Shown here: positions 31,668-41,611 of the stretch, one piece after another | Layout of the letters: each line of letters starts with the position of its first letter | Position numbering within the stretch: position 1 is the stretch's first letter | Source of the DNA: Alphaproteobacteria bacterium | GTDB taxonomy: Bacteria; Pseudomonadota; Alphaproteobacteria; UBA6615 | Length of the DNA stretch: 64,000 nucleotides | Assembly: GCA_965261975.1 (NCBI GenBank) | Contig: CBDHEC010000024.1 | Location: 43,700-107,699 of the forward strand | Reading direction: 5' to 3' | Translations under genes and position numbers: made by a program | Notes under the pieces: generated by a model | What the model saw: the letters and a program-made list of their open reading frames with translations, nothing else | Database searches by the model: none | Told to the model about the DNA's origin: nothing

Positions 31668-32069
31668 CTATTTTTGCGGCAAAACCGCTGTCGCCTCGAT
31701 CTCGACTCGCGCGCGATCTTCCACCAGCGCGGACACCTCGACGACCGACATGGCGGGGAAATGACGGCCCATGACCGACCGGTAGAACCCACCAACCCCC
31801 TTTGGGTTCTCCAGGTAAGCCTGCTTGTCGGTCACGAACCATGTCAGGCGGGTGATATGTTCGGGAAGGCCACCCGCCTCGGCCAGGACCGCGCGCACAT
31901 TCTCCAGCGCCTGGCCGACCTGGGCGGCGAAATCGTCGGTCTCGAAGTGACCCGTCTCGGGGTTCCAGCCAATCTGGCCGCCGACAAATACGAGGCGCCC
32001 CGTCGCCGCCATGCCGTTGGCATAGCCTTTCGGCGGCACCCAGTTTTCCGGTTGAAGAATCTCGATCAT
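31668..32069 (-). CDS. RidA/YjgF family protein
   Basis: LQPENWVPPKGYANGMAA, FVGGQIGW, MGRHFPAMSVVEVSALVEDRARVEIEATA. Start set at 32069. Confidence 0.9.
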   Translation of the reverse strand: MIEILQPENWVPPKGYANGMAATGRLVFVGGQIGWNPETGHFETDDFAAQVGQALENVRAVLAEAGGLPEHITRLTWFVTDKQAYLENPKGVGGFYRSVMGRHFPAMSVVEVSALVEDRARVEIEATAVLPQK

Positions 32070-32078
32070 CGCGCTTGA

Positions 32079-32111
32079 TATTTCATCTCTATATATTTTA
32101 ATTCTAAAATA
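32079..32111. promoter_or_regulatory. AT-rich divergent promoter with palindromic operator(s), probably for the adjacent MarR
   Basis: Perfect TATTTTA-ATTC-TAAAATA at 32094-32111 and an imperfect TATTTCA-TCTC-TATATAT at 32079-32096. Confidence 0.6.
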
Positions 32112-32137
32112 ATAATAGAGCGGAGCACAAGCGTAGG

Positions 32138-32917
32138 ATGACCACACCCCTGGACGGGAAACTGGCGATTGTTACCGGCGGCGGGCGCGGCATCGGCCGC
32201 GAAATCGCGCTGGCCCTCGCCAAGCGCGGCGCCAATATCGCGCTGCTCGGCCGTACCGAGCGCAGCCTCAAGGAGACCGCCGTCGAGATTCGCCTGCAGT
32301 CCGAGGTCTCGCCCCATGTGCATACGCTCGACGTCACCAACGGCGATGGTGTCGTGCAGACGTTCACGGAGCTGATCGCCGAACTGGGCCCACCCGCCAT
32401 CCTGGTCAACAACGCGGGTGGTGCCGAGAGCACACCGTTCACGCGGCTCGACCGGGAAAGCTGGGACGGAGCATTGGCTCTCAACCTGACCAGCGTCTAC
32501 GCCTGCACGCACGCGGTCCTCCCCGCCATGCTCGACGCAGGCTATGGGCGAATCATCAACATCGCATCGACCGCGGGGCTGGAAGGCTACCCCTATGTGG
32601 CCGCCTATTGCGCCGCCAAGCACGGTGTCGTCGGCCTGACCCGGTCGCTGGCGCTTGAAGTCGAGAACAAGGGAATTACCGTCAACGCCGTGTGCCCCGG
32701 CTATACGGACACCGAAATGCTGCAGGCGGCCATCCGCAAGATCGCCGCGACCACCGGCCGGTCCGAAGCCGACGCGCGCGACGAACTCGCGGCCGCCAAC
32801 GCCGGCGGGCGCCTGGTCCAGCCGGGTGAAGTTGCGGAGATGGTCGCAGCCCTGTGCGGCCCGGCGGCGAAAACGGTGACAGGACAGGCGATTGAAATCA
32901 CCGGCGAGGATTCGTGA
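32138..32917 (+). CDS. SDR family oxidoreductase (3-hydroxyacyl-CoA/3-hydroxybutyrate dehydrogenase-like)
   Basis: TGGGRGIG, NNAG, NIASTAG, YCAAK, AVCPGYTDT. Confidence 0.92.
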   Translation: MTTPLDGKLAIVTGGGRGIGREIALALAKRGANIALLGRTERSLKETAVEIRLQSEVSPHVHTLDVTNGDGVVQTFTELIAELGPPAILVNNAGGAESTPFTRLDRESWDGALALNLTSVYACTHAVLPAMLDAGYGRIINIASTAGLEGYPYVAAYCAAKHGVVGLTRSLALEVENKGITVNAVCPGYTDTEMLQAAIRKIAATTGRSEADARDELAAANAGGRLVQPGEVAEMVAALCGPAAKTVTGQAIEITGEDS

Positions 32918-33411
32918 TGCCCGACGGCGTTCCTCAAGGTGATCTCGAGACAGGCCTGACGGCCGACGATCGGCTCGACCTGCGGACCTGGTTGCGCCTG
33001 ATGACCTGCACCAACATGATCGAGGGTGAAGTCCGCGCCCGGTTGCGCAGCCGTTTCGACATTTCAATCGCCCGCTTCGACTTGCTTGCCCAGCTCGACC
33101 GGGCGAATGGCGGCCTCACCATGGGCGAACTGTCGCGTCGCCTGATGGTCACCAACGGCAACGTCACATCGCTGATCGATCGCCTCGTCGAGGAGAAGAT
33201 GGTCACCCGGCGCCCGGACCCGAACGACAGGCGGGCGCAGATCATCGAGCTCACGCCCGGCGGCGCACGGGCCTTCGCGAAGATGTCGGATGCCCATGCC
33301 GACTGGATCAGCACGCTCTTCGAGGGTGTCGACCGGAGGAGCCTCGAAGCGCTCTATCGTAATCTCGCCCAGCTCAAGGCGTCCCTCGCCACCACCAACG
33401 AGGACAGCTGA
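32914..33411 (+). CDS. MarR family transcriptional regulator
   Basis: LRTWLRL, RFDLLAQL, GLTMGELSRRLMVTNGNVTSLIDRL, DPNDRR. Confidence 0.92.
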   Translation: MMPDGVPQGDLETGLTADDRLDLRTWLRLMTCTNMIEGEVRARLRSRFDISIARFDLLAQLDRANGGLTMGELSRRLMVTNGNVTSLIDRLVEEKMVTRRPDPNDRRAQIIELTPGGARAFAKMSDAHADWISTLFEGVDRRSLEALYRNLAQLKASLATTNEDS

Positions 33412-33413
33412 TC

Positions 33414-34874
33414 ATGTGGCGCCCGCCCGAACGTATCCGCTGGGAGCCCGACCCCGGGGAATGGCCGGCCGCAGACGAAGCCGGCGCCGCGATGCTGTTC
33501 CAGCCGGTTGATATCGGCCCCATCGCGCTGGATTCCCGCACCTGGGTCCCCGCCATGGTGCCATGGCGGGCAACCGGCGAGGGCGAGGTGACCGACAATG
33601 TGCTCGACTGGTATGGCCGCTTCGCGCGCGGGCGCCCCGGCGCCATCGTCGTCGAAGCGACGGGCATCCGGGATATTCCCTCGGGGCCGCTGTTGCGGAT
33701 CGGAGATGATCGCTACATTCCCGGACTGACCAGGCTCGCCGAGACCGTCCGCCGGGAGAGCGACGGCCACACGAAGCTGTTTATCCAGCTGATCGACTTC
33801 CTCGCCGTCCGCCGCCGCCCCGACCCGGCAAAATATTTCGAGCGATTCCTCGCGATCACCGACCGGCACCGCGATGCATTGAATGCAAGTGACTGGCCCG
33901 AAGAGACAATCCGCACCCACCTGGCGGGCCTGCCCGAGGACGAGCTCGCCGATGTGCTCACCCCGCGCGAACGCGAATCCCTGCACCAGGGCTACCGCGA
34001 GCGGGTGACCGATACCGACCTGCCCCAGATCGCCGAATTGCCCTTCGTCCTGCCCGGGCTGTTCGCCGATGCCGCCCGGCGCGCGCGCGAGGCCGGGTTC
34101 GACGGGGTCGAGCTGCATTACGCCCACGCCTACACCATGGCCTCGTTCCTCTCGGCCCTGAACACCCGCGCGGACGGCTATGGCGGATCGCGCGAGAACC
34201 GCGCGCGGCTGCCGCTCGAGGTGTATGCCGCCGTGCGCGCCGCCGTGGGCGAGGATTACGTGGTCGGCACGCGGTTTCTGGCCGAAGACTGCATCGACGG
34301 CGGCAACGAGGTCGTGGATGCCGCCTATTTCGGGTCGGCGTTTGCGCGCGCCGGCTTCGATGTGCTGTCGCTATCGCGCGGCGGCAAGTTCGAGGATGCC
34401 AAGCGGCCGGCGGTGGGCCAGGCGGCCTATCCCTACACGGGCCCCAGCGGATACGAGTGCATGCCGCAATATATCTCCGACGCGCGGGGGCCGTTTGGCC
34501 GAAACATCGAGCCCGTGTCGGCGATCCGCAAGGCGGTGCGCGACGCGGGCTGCGGTACGCCGGTGGTCCTGACCGGCGGCATCCACGGGTTCCGCCAGGC
34601 CGAGGATATCCTGCAGGCGGACCAGGCCGATATCATCGGCTTCGCCCGCCAGAGCCTCGCCGACCCGGACTGGTTCCGGAAGGTCCGCGGCGGTCATGGC
34701 GGGGCGGTCCGGGTGTGTGAGTACACGAACTACTGCGAGGCACTGGACCAGAAGCATGTGCCCGTCACCTGCCAGCTGTGGGACCGGAAAAACCTGGACG
34801 AACCCGGCATCGCCAAGACGGAAGACGGCAAGCGGCGGTTGGTCGCCCCCGAATGGGAGCCGAACGACAGCTAG
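33414..34874 (+). CDS. NADH:flavin oxidoreductase (Old Yellow Enzyme family) with a large insertion
   Basis: LFQPVDIG, AGFDGVELHYAHAY, NTRADGYGGSRENRAR, ARQSLADPDW, C-terminal CEYTNYC-x11-C. Confidence 0.88.
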   Translation: MWRPPERIRWEPDPGEWPAADEAGAAMLFQPVDIGPIALDSRTWVPAMVPWRATGEGEVTDNVLDWYGRFARGRPGAIVVEATGIRDIPSGPLLRIGDDRYIPGLTRLAETVRRESDGHTKLFIQLIDFLAVRRRPDPAKYFERFLAITDRHRDALNASDWPEETIRTHLAGLPEDELADVLTPRERESLHQGYRERVTDTDLPQIAELPFVLPGLFADAARRAREAGFDGVELHYAHAYTMASFLSALNTRADGYGGSRENRARLPLEVYAAVRAAVGEDYVVGTRFLAEDCIDGGNEVVDAAYFGSAFARAGFDVLSLSRGGKFEDAKRPAVGQAAYPYTGPSGYECMPQYISDARGPFGRNIEPVSAIRKAVRDAGCGTPVVLTGGIHGFRQAEDILQADQADIIGFARQSLADPDWFRKVRGGHGGAVRVCEYTNYCEALDQKHVPVTCQLWDRKNLDEPGIAKTEDGKRRLVAPEWEPNDS

Positions 34875-36964
34875 CGGGTGAAGCTGCCGCCCTCGGCTAC
34901 CAGACGCTCCAGCAGGGGCGACGGGGCCCAGAGTTTGCCGTGAACCTTCTCGAACGCCTTGATCTGGTCGAGAATCTCGCCCAACCCGATCTCATCGGCC
35001 ATGAACATGATGCCGCCGCGCCAGCGCGGGAAGGCGAAGCCGTAGAGCCACATCACATCGATGTCCGAGGCGCGGCTGGCGATACCCTCGTCGAGAATCT
35101 TGGCCCCCTCGTTGATCGCCGCGTACAGACAGCGCGCGCGGATCTCGTCGTCGGAGATATCCCGGCGTGCGATGCCCTGCTCCTTCGCCACGGCCGCCGC
35201 GACGCCCTCGACCTCCGGGTCGGGCTGCGGCCGCCGCCCGCCCTCTTCATAGGCATACCAGCCCTGCCCGGCCTTGATGCCGAATCGGCCGAGCTCGCAC
35301 ATCCGGTCGGCCAGATGCATGTAGCGCGCATCCGGATCGCGTTGATCGGCGAGGGACTGGCGCATCCGCCAGCTCACATCGAGGCCTGACAGGTCGCTCA
35401 CCGCGAGCGGGCCCATGGGCATGCCCAGATCGGTCAGTACCTTGTCCACCTGGGCCGGTGACGCCCCCTCCTCGACCAGGAACGTGGCTTCCCGGACCAG
35501 CGGAAGACGCGAGCGGTTGGCGACGAAGCCATGGCAGACGCCCGCCAGCACGCCGACCTTGCCGGTGCGCTTGGCCAGCGCCATCCCCGTGGCGATGGCG
35601 TCGGGCGCACAGTTCGCCGGGCGCACCACCTCGAGCATGCGCATCACGTTGGCGGGTGCGAAGTAATGCAGGCCGATGATGTCTTCGGGCCGCGACGTGG
35701 CCGCCGCGATGGCATCGATATCCATATACGACGTGTTGGTGGCGAGGATCGCACCGGGCTTGGCGACTTTCTCCAGGGCACCGAAAATCTGCTTCTTCAC
35801 GTCCATATCCTCGAACGCGACCTCGATGACGAGGTCGGCGTCCGACAGGGCGCCATAGTCCAGCGCACCGGAAATGCGTCCGAGGCGTTCGTCCTTCGTG
35901 GCCGTGTCGATCCGGCCCCGCGCCACCATCGCCTCGTAGAGCTTCGCGATCTCGGCCAAAGCCGCATCCAGCGCCTCCTGGCCGGTCTCGACGATGGTCA
36001 CGGGGAGGCCCGAATCCGCCAGGCTGATGGCGATGCCGCGGCCCATGGTGCCCGCGCCGATCACGCCTGCACTGTCGATCGGACGCGGGGCAACATCCTT
36101 GCCGATGTCGGGAATCTTCGCCGCCTCGCGCTCGGCGAAGAAGGCGTAGCGCAGGGCTGCCGACTGGCCACTCGTCTTGCAGGCCTCGAACCGCACACGG
36201 TCCGCCGCCACCGCATCCGGGTACGGCATGCGCAGCCCGTCGATGACGCTCTCGATGGCCTGATGGGGCGAATCCTGGCCGCGAAAGCGACGGTTGGCGA
36301 GGTCGCGATATTTCTCGATGGTCTCGGCATGTTCCTCCGGCGAGCCGATCCCGTTTTGCGGTTCGCTGGAGATTTGGCGCGGCGTGCCGTCGGACAGGAT
36401 CTTCTCGGCAAACGCGACGGCTCCGTCGCGCAGATCGCCTTCGATGATTTCGTCGATGATCCCGTATTCGAGCGCCTTGGCGGCCCCGACGGGTTTTCCC
36501 AGAACGATCAGCTCGAGCGCGTGGTCCAGCCCGGCCACCCGCGGCAGGCGCTGTGTCCCGGCCGCTCCGGGAAATATCCCGAGATTGACCTCGGGCGTGC
36601 CGACCCGCGCGCTCGAAGACGCGACGCGGAAATGACAACCCAGGGCCAGCTCCAGCCCGCCGCCGAGCGCGGTCCCGTGGATCGCGGCGACGATGGGTTT
36701 CTCGATGTCGTCGAGCCGGTCGATCACCGTCATCAGATGGGGTTCGCGCGCCGGCTGGTCGAACTCTCGGATGTCCGCGCCGGCGGGAAACGTGCGCCCC
36801 GCGCCGATCAACACGATGGCCTCGACGGATGCATCGGCAACCGCACGTTCCATCCCGGCGACGATACCCTCGCGCACCGCGTGACCCAGCGCGTTGACCG
36901 GCGGGTTGTCGATGGTCAGGACAGCGACCCGTCCCGCGATCTCATAGCTCACAACGTCACTCAT
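34871..36964 (-). CDS. Bifunctional enoyl-CoA hydratase / 3-hydroxyacyl-CoA dehydrogenase (FadB/PimF-like), copy 1
   Basis: DNPPVNAL, FPAGADI, ALGGGLELALGCH, GAGTMG, ATNTS, GLHYFAPAN. Start set at 36964. Confidence 0.92.
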   Translation of the reverse strand: MSDVVSYEIAGRVAVLTIDNPPVNALGHAVREGIVAGMERAVADASVEAIVLIGAGRTFPAGADIREFDQPAREPHLMTVIDRLDDIEKPIVAAIHGTALGGGLELALGCHFRVASSSARVGTPEVNLGIFPGAAGTQRLPRVAGLDHALELIVLGKPVGAAKALEYGIIDEIIEGDLRDGAVAFAEKILSDGTPRQISSEPQNGIGSPEEHAETIEKYRDLANRRFRGQDSPHQAIESVIDGLRMPYPDAVAADRVRFEACKTSGQSAALRYAFFAEREAAKIPDIGKDVAPRPIDSAGVIGAGTMGRGIAISLADSGLPVTIVETGQEALDAALAEIAKLYEAMVARGRIDTATKDERLGRISGALDYGALSDADLVIEVAFEDMDVKKQIFGALEKVAKPGAILATNTSYMDIDAIAAATSRPEDIIGLHYFAPANVMRMLEVVRPANCAPDAIATGMALAKRTGKVGVLAGVCHGFVANRSRLPLVREATFLVEEGASPAQVDKVLTDLGMPMGPLAVSDLSGLDVSWRMRQSLADQRDPDARYMHLADRMCELGRFGIKAGQGWYAYEEGGRRPQPDPEVEGVAAAVAKEQGIARRDISDDEIRARCLYAAINEGAKILDEGIASRASDIDVMWLYGFAFPRWRGGIMFMADEIGLGEILDQIKAFEKVHGKLWAPSPLLERLVAEGGSFTR

Positions 36965-37081
36965 ATCCGTCCCCTGATTCCCGCATACGCCTGTGCTAAT
37001 TCTGTGGTCTAATTTCATTCCAGGCGGCAGTGACCAATATGATGCGCAGACCCGCGCGGCCGGTCAAACGGAGCAAGAAAA

Positions 37082-37564
37082 TTGTCTCATTACGGACACC
37101 CCGATGAATTTCTCGACAAGGTCGGCCAAGAACTCGGCGTCAGCGACTGGGTCCTGATCGACCAGGCGCAGATCGATGCCTTCGCCGAGGTCACCAACGA
37201 CCATCAATGGCTGCATGTGGACCCCGAGCGCGCCGCGACCGAAATGCCCACCGGCACGACGATTGCCCATGGCTTCCTCGTGCTGTCGCTGATCCCGGGG
37301 CTGAGCTACCCGTTCTTCCAGGTCGACAACCTCGCCCACACCATCAATTACGGGCTCAACAAGGTGCGCTTCACGGCCATGGTGCCGGTCAACTCGCGGG
37401 TCCGCCTGCGCCAGTCCCTGGCCAGCGCGGAGAAGCGCCCCGACGGCAGCGTGCATCTCGTCCTCGACGGCGTCATCGAACTCGAAGGCAGCGAACGGCC
37501 CGCCGTGGTCACCCAGACCGTCCGCCTGCTGTTCCCCGAACCCATCGGGGCCACCTCACAATGA
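37082..37564 (+). CDS. MaoC-family (R)-specific enoyl-CoA hydratase
   Basis: IDAFAEVTNDHQWLHVDP, TIAHGFLVLSL, NYGLNKVRF. TTG start. Confidence 0.9.
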   Translation: MSHYGHPDEFLDKVGQELGVSDWVLIDQAQIDAFAEVTNDHQWLHVDPERAATEMPTGTTIAHGFLVLSLIPGLSYPFFQVDNLAHTINYGLNKVRFTAMVPVNSRVRLRQSLASAEKRPDGSVHLVLDGVIELEGSERPAVVTQTVRLLFPEPIGATSQ

Positions 37565-38634
37565 GTACCGCTGCGCGTACTTTCTCACGCACCGACCAGG
37601 TCGTGCCCGTGCTCGAACAGCACCGTTTCGACGATGCACCACTGGTCACGTGGATGGCCGCCAACATCGAAGGCTTCGAAGGCCCGCTCGAGCTGGCGCA
37701 ATTCCAGGGCGGCATGTCGAACCCGACCTTCCTGCTGACCGACGCGAACGGCCGGCGCTACGTGCTGCGCAAGAAGCCGCCGGGCGAGCTGCTGCCGTCG
37801 GCCCACGCGGTCGACCGGGAGCACCGGATCACCTCGGCCCTGGCGGATACGGACGTACCGGTCGTGCGAACCCTGGCGCTGTGCGAGGACACGTCCATCG
37901 TCGGCACCGAGTTCTTCCTGATGGACCATGCCGACGGCCGCGTGTTCCACGACCCCTCCCTGCCGGACCTGACGCCGGATGAGCGCGCCGCGGTCTCGGC
38001 CTCGATGATCGAAACACTCGCCGCCCTCCACCAGGTGGATTTCGAAGCGGTGGGCCTGGGCGACTATGGCCGGATCGGCGGTTACATGGGCCGCCAGGTG
38101 GCACGCTGGTCGAAGCAGTATGAGGCGTCCAAGACCGACGAGCTGGCCGAGATGGACCATCTCATGGCCTGGCTGCCCGACAACATGCCCGACGACAGCG
38201 AGACGACCATCGTCCATGGCGACTTCCGGCTGGAAAACCTGATCATCGCCCATGACGAACCCAAGGTGATCGCGGTGCTGGACTGGGAGCTCTCGACCTT
38301 GGGCCATCCGCTCTCGGACCTGGCTTATAACTGCCTGCCCTACCACTGGCCGGAGGAATCCTTCGGCGACATGCGCGGGCTCGACCCGACGACCCCGGGC
38401 ATTCCATCAGTCGACGACTATGTCGCCGCCTATTGCCGGCATACCGGACGCGGCGAGATCGAGAACTGGAACTTCTACCTGGTGCTCTCCCTGTTCCGCC
38501 TCGCGGCGATCATCCAGGGCGTCTATTACCGCGGGCTGCAGGGCAACGCCTCGTCGCCCGAGGCGCTGCTGCGCCGGGATCTGACCCGCCAGCTGTCGAT
38601 CAGGGCCTGGGGGTTGGTGGAGGCGGGCGACTAG
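37561..38634 (+). CDS. Phosphotransferase (APH/choline kinase fold, like the ACAD10/11 N-terminal domain)
   Basis: QFQGGMSNPTF, VLRKKPPGELLPSAHAVDRE, VHGDFRLEN, VLDWELSTLGHPLSD. ATG at 37561 overlaps the MaoC stop. Confidence 0.92.
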   Translation: MSTAARTFSRTDQVVPVLEQHRFDDAPLVTWMAANIEGFEGPLELAQFQGGMSNPTFLLTDANGRRYVLRKKPPGELLPSAHAVDREHRITSALADTDVPVVRTLALCEDTSIVGTEFFLMDHADGRVFHDPSLPDLTPDERAAVSASMIETLAALHQVDFEAVGLGDYGRIGGYMGRQVARWSKQYEASKTDELAEMDHLMAWLPDNMPDDSETTIVHGDFRLENLIIAHDEPKVIAVLDWELSTLGHPLSDLAYNCLPYHWPEESFGDMRGLDPTTPGIPSVDDYVAAYCRHTGRGEIENWNFYLVLSLFRLAAIIQGVYYRGLQGNASSPEALLRRDLTRQLSIRAWGLVEAGD

Positions 38635-39878
38635 TCCCCGCCGCCGGCCAGTTCGAGCATCGCGCCCAGCAGAACCTGGCCGCCGGCGCTCACCCATTCG
38701 GGCTTCGCATCCTCGATTTCGTTGTGGCTGATGCCGTCGACGCAAGGGATGAAGATCATCGACGTCGGCGCGACCGCCGCCACGTTGCAGGCATCGTGAC
38801 CCGCACCCGAGATGATATCGCGGGCCGACAATTCCCGGCTCGCGGCGGCATTGCGCACCGCGGTTACGCAGCGCTCGGCGAAGACAATCGGCTCGATATA
38901 GAAGATTTCCTCGAATTCGCTCTCGAGGCCTATCTCGGCGACGATGTCTTTCATGCCCGCATGCAGCTTCGCGTCCATATCGCGCAGGATGTCGTCGTCG
39001 GGATGGCGAAACTCCGCGGTCATGAAGACCTGGCCCGGGATGACGTTCCGCGAGTTGGGATAGGATTCGATCATGCCCACGGTCGAGCGCGCATCGGGCG
39101 CATTGTCCATGCCGATCCGGTGGACCAGCTCGACGATTCGCGCCGCGCCGACCAGCGCATCGCGGCGACGCTCCATGGGCGTGGTACCGGCATGGGATTC
39201 CTGGCCGGTTAGCGTGATCTCGTACCAGCGTTGACCCTGGGCCCCGGTGACGACGCCGATGGAGATGTCCTCATCCTCGAGGATCGGCCCCTGCTCGATA
39301 TGCGCCTCGACATAGGCGTGCAGGTCGCGGCCGCCGACGGGTTGATCGCCGGCATAGCCGATTCGTTCAAGCTCCTCGCCGATGGTCTTGCCGTCCACAT
39401 CGGCACGCGACAGTCCGTGTTCCAACGTGTGCTGGCCGCCGAAGACGCCGGACGAGATCATGGCCGGCGCGAACCGGCTGCCCTCCTCGTTGGTCCAGCA
39501 GACAACCTCGATGGGGTGCTCGGTCTCATAGTCCAGATCGTTGAGGCTGCGGATCACCTCGAGGCCCGCGAGCACGCCGTAAATCCCGTCGAACTTCCCG
39601 CCGGTCGGCTGCGTGTCCAGGTGGCTGCCGGTCACCACGGGTGGCAGGGAATCATCCCGCCCGGCGCGGCGGGCAAAGATATTGCCCATCTGGTCCACGC
39701 TCACGGTGCAACCGGCCGCCTTGCACCAGTCGACGAACAGGTCCCGCGCCTCTCGGTCGAGATCGGTGAGCGCCAGGCGGCGGCTGCCGCCCTTCTCGGT
39801 CGGGCCGATCTCGGCGATGTCCATGATGCTCTGCCAAAGACGATCTCCGTCGATGGAAAGGTTGCGCGGTTCATTCAT
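38631..39878 (-). CDS. Zn-dependent M20 hydrolase (N-carbamoyl-amino acid amidohydrolase / beta-ureidopropionase)
   Basis: GSHLDTQPTGGKFDG, WTNEEGSRF, EAHIEQGP, HAGTTPM, SGAGHDA, GISHNEIE. Confidence 0.92.
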   Translation of the reverse strand: MNEPRNLSIDGDRLWQSIMDIAEIGPTEKGGSRRLALTDLDREARDLFVDWCKAAGCTVSVDQMGNIFARRAGRDDSLPPVVTGSHLDTQPTGGKFDGIYGVLAGLEVIRSLNDLDYETEHPIEVVCWTNEEGSRFAPAMISSGVFGGQHTLEHGLSRADVDGKTIGEELERIGYAGDQPVGGRDLHAYVEAHIEQGPILEDEDISIGVVTGAQGQRWYEITLTGQESHAGTTPMERRRDALVGAARIVELVHRIGMDNAPDARSTVGMIESYPNSRNVIPGQVFMTAEFRHPDDDILRDMDAKLHAGMKDIVAEIGLESEFEEIFYIEPIVFAERCVTAVRNAAASRELSARDIISGAGHDACNVAAVAPTSMIFIPCVDGISHNEIEDAKPEWVSAGGQVLLGAMLELAGGGD

Positions 39879-39979
39879 GGCGGGCATTCCGGGATGGGGT
39901 GGGAGAAGCGGTTTCGCCCATGATACCTTTTCCGGCCCCTTCCTCACAGATCACGTTCGCACTGACTGGGTTGCAATAA

Positions 39980-41602
39980 ATGAACACGCAAACCGGACGG
40001 CCGGTCACCCTGGCACCCAACGGCCTCGTTACCTCGCCGCATTCGCTGGCCTCGGCAGCCGGGGTCGACGTGCTGCGCGCCGGCGGTTCGGCCGTCGATG
40101 CGGCGATGGCCACGAGCGCCGCCCTGGCCGTGCTCTACCCGCACATGACCAGCATCGGCGGCGATGCCTTCTGGCTGATCCACGACGCCAAGACCGGGGC
40201 GGTCAAATATCTTAACGGCGGCGGACGCGCCGCGGCCGGCGGCACCCTGGACGCCATGGCGGCCCGCGGCCTGTCCGACATCCCCTTCCGCGGCGTGATC
40301 CCCGCGACCCTGACGGTGCCCGGCGCGCTGGCGAGCTGGGACGAAGCGCACATGGCGTATGGCCGCCTGCCGCTGCCGCGCATCCTCGAGGCCGCGATCG
40401 GCTACGCGCGCGACGGCTTCCCGGTCACCGAGCGGCTGGCGGGACATATCGTCGAGCGTCGGGACGACCTGGGCGCCAACGAATATTCCGCGCGCATCTT
40501 CCTGCCCGACGGTACGCCGCCGGCGACGGGCACGAAGCTGGTCAACCCGGACCTCGCGCGCAGCCTCGAGCAATTCGCAGAGGCGGGCCGGGCCGGTTTC
40601 TATGAGGGCGAGACAGCCGCCGAGATGGCGCGGTTCGCCGCGGCGGCGGGCGGCATCTTCACGGAAGCGGATTTCGCCGGTCAGACCGCGCGATGGGGCG
40701 AGCCCATTTCCAGCGAGTATCGCGGCGTCACCATCTACAACACGCCGCCCCCGACCCAGGGTTTCACGGTGCTGGAGATGCTCAACCTGATCGAGCCGTT
40801 CGAGCTCCACAAGCTGGAGATGCTGAGCCCCGAGCACATCCATCTTCTGGTCCAGGCCAAGCAGATCGCCTTTCACGACCGCGACCGGCTGCTCGCCGAC
40901 CCCGACTTCATCGACGTGCCGGTCGACCAGCTGATCTCCAAGGCCTATGCCGACGAACGCCGCGGGCTGATCGACCTGGAGACCGCCCTGCCCTGGGACA
41001 AGGTGCCGTCGCATGGCAGCCTCGCGGGTGATACGGTCTACATGGCCGCCATCGACAGCGAGGGCAACGCCGTCTCTCTGATCCAGAGCCTGTTCGCGGC
41101 CTTCGGGTCGGGGCAGGTCGCGGGGCGTACCGGGATCATGCTGCAGAACCGGGCGAGCTATTTCTCACTCGACCCGGCGCACCCGAACCGGCTGGAGCCG
41201 GGGAAAATCCCCCAGCACACCCTGATGGCGTCAATGTCCAAGCGCGACGGCGAGCTCTGGTCCCTGCTCGGCACCCAGGGGGCCGACGGGCAGCCGCAGA
41301 TCCAGCTGCAACTGTTCACCGACATGATCGATTTCGGCCTGAACATCCAGGAGGCGCTGGAACTGCCGCGTTTCCTGTCGGGCCGCATTTCGCTGGGCGA
41401 GGCCCGCGACATGCTGCATCTCGAGGGACGCATGCCCGAGCCCGTCTTCGAAGGGCTGGCGTCACGCGGCCACAAGATCAACCGCTGGGCGGACTGGAAC
41501 AACCGCGCGGGCCAGGCCCATGGGATCGTGATCGAACCCGGCTCGGGGCTCTACACCGGCGGCTCGGACCCGCGCTCGGACGGCGCGGCGATCGGTTACT
41601 GA
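39980..41602 (+). CDS. Gamma-glutamyltransferase-family Ntn hydrolase, no signal peptide
   Basis: YPHMTSIGGDAF, NTPPPTQG, autocleavage site GD|TVY, LQNRASYF, GADGQPQ, GSDPRSDG. Confidence 0.9.
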   Translation: MNTQTGRPVTLAPNGLVTSPHSLASAAGVDVLRAGGSAVDAAMATSAALAVLYPHMTSIGGDAFWLIHDAKTGAVKYLNGGGRAAAGGTLDAMAARGLSDIPFRGVIPATLTVPGALASWDEAHMAYGRLPLPRILEAAIGYARDGFPVTERLAGHIVERRDDLGANEYSARIFLPDGTPPATGTKLVNPDLARSLEQFAEAGRAGFYEGETAAEMARFAAAAGGIFTEADFAGQTARWGEPISSEYRGVTIYNTPPPTQGFTVLEMLNLIEPFELHKLEMLSPEHIHLLVQAKQIAFHDRDRLLADPDFIDVPVDQLISKAYADERRGLIDLETALPWDKVPSHGSLAGDTVYMAAIDSEGNAVSLIQSLFAAFGSGQVAGRTGIMLQNRASYFSLDPAHPNRLEPGKIPQHTLMASMSKRDGELWSLLGTQGADGQPQIQLQLFTDMIDFGLNIQEALELPRFLSGRISLGEARDMLHLEGRMPEPVFEGLASRGHKINRWADWNNRAGQAHGIVIEPGSGLYTGGSDPRSDGAAIGY

Positions 41603-41611
41603 CGCTGGACG

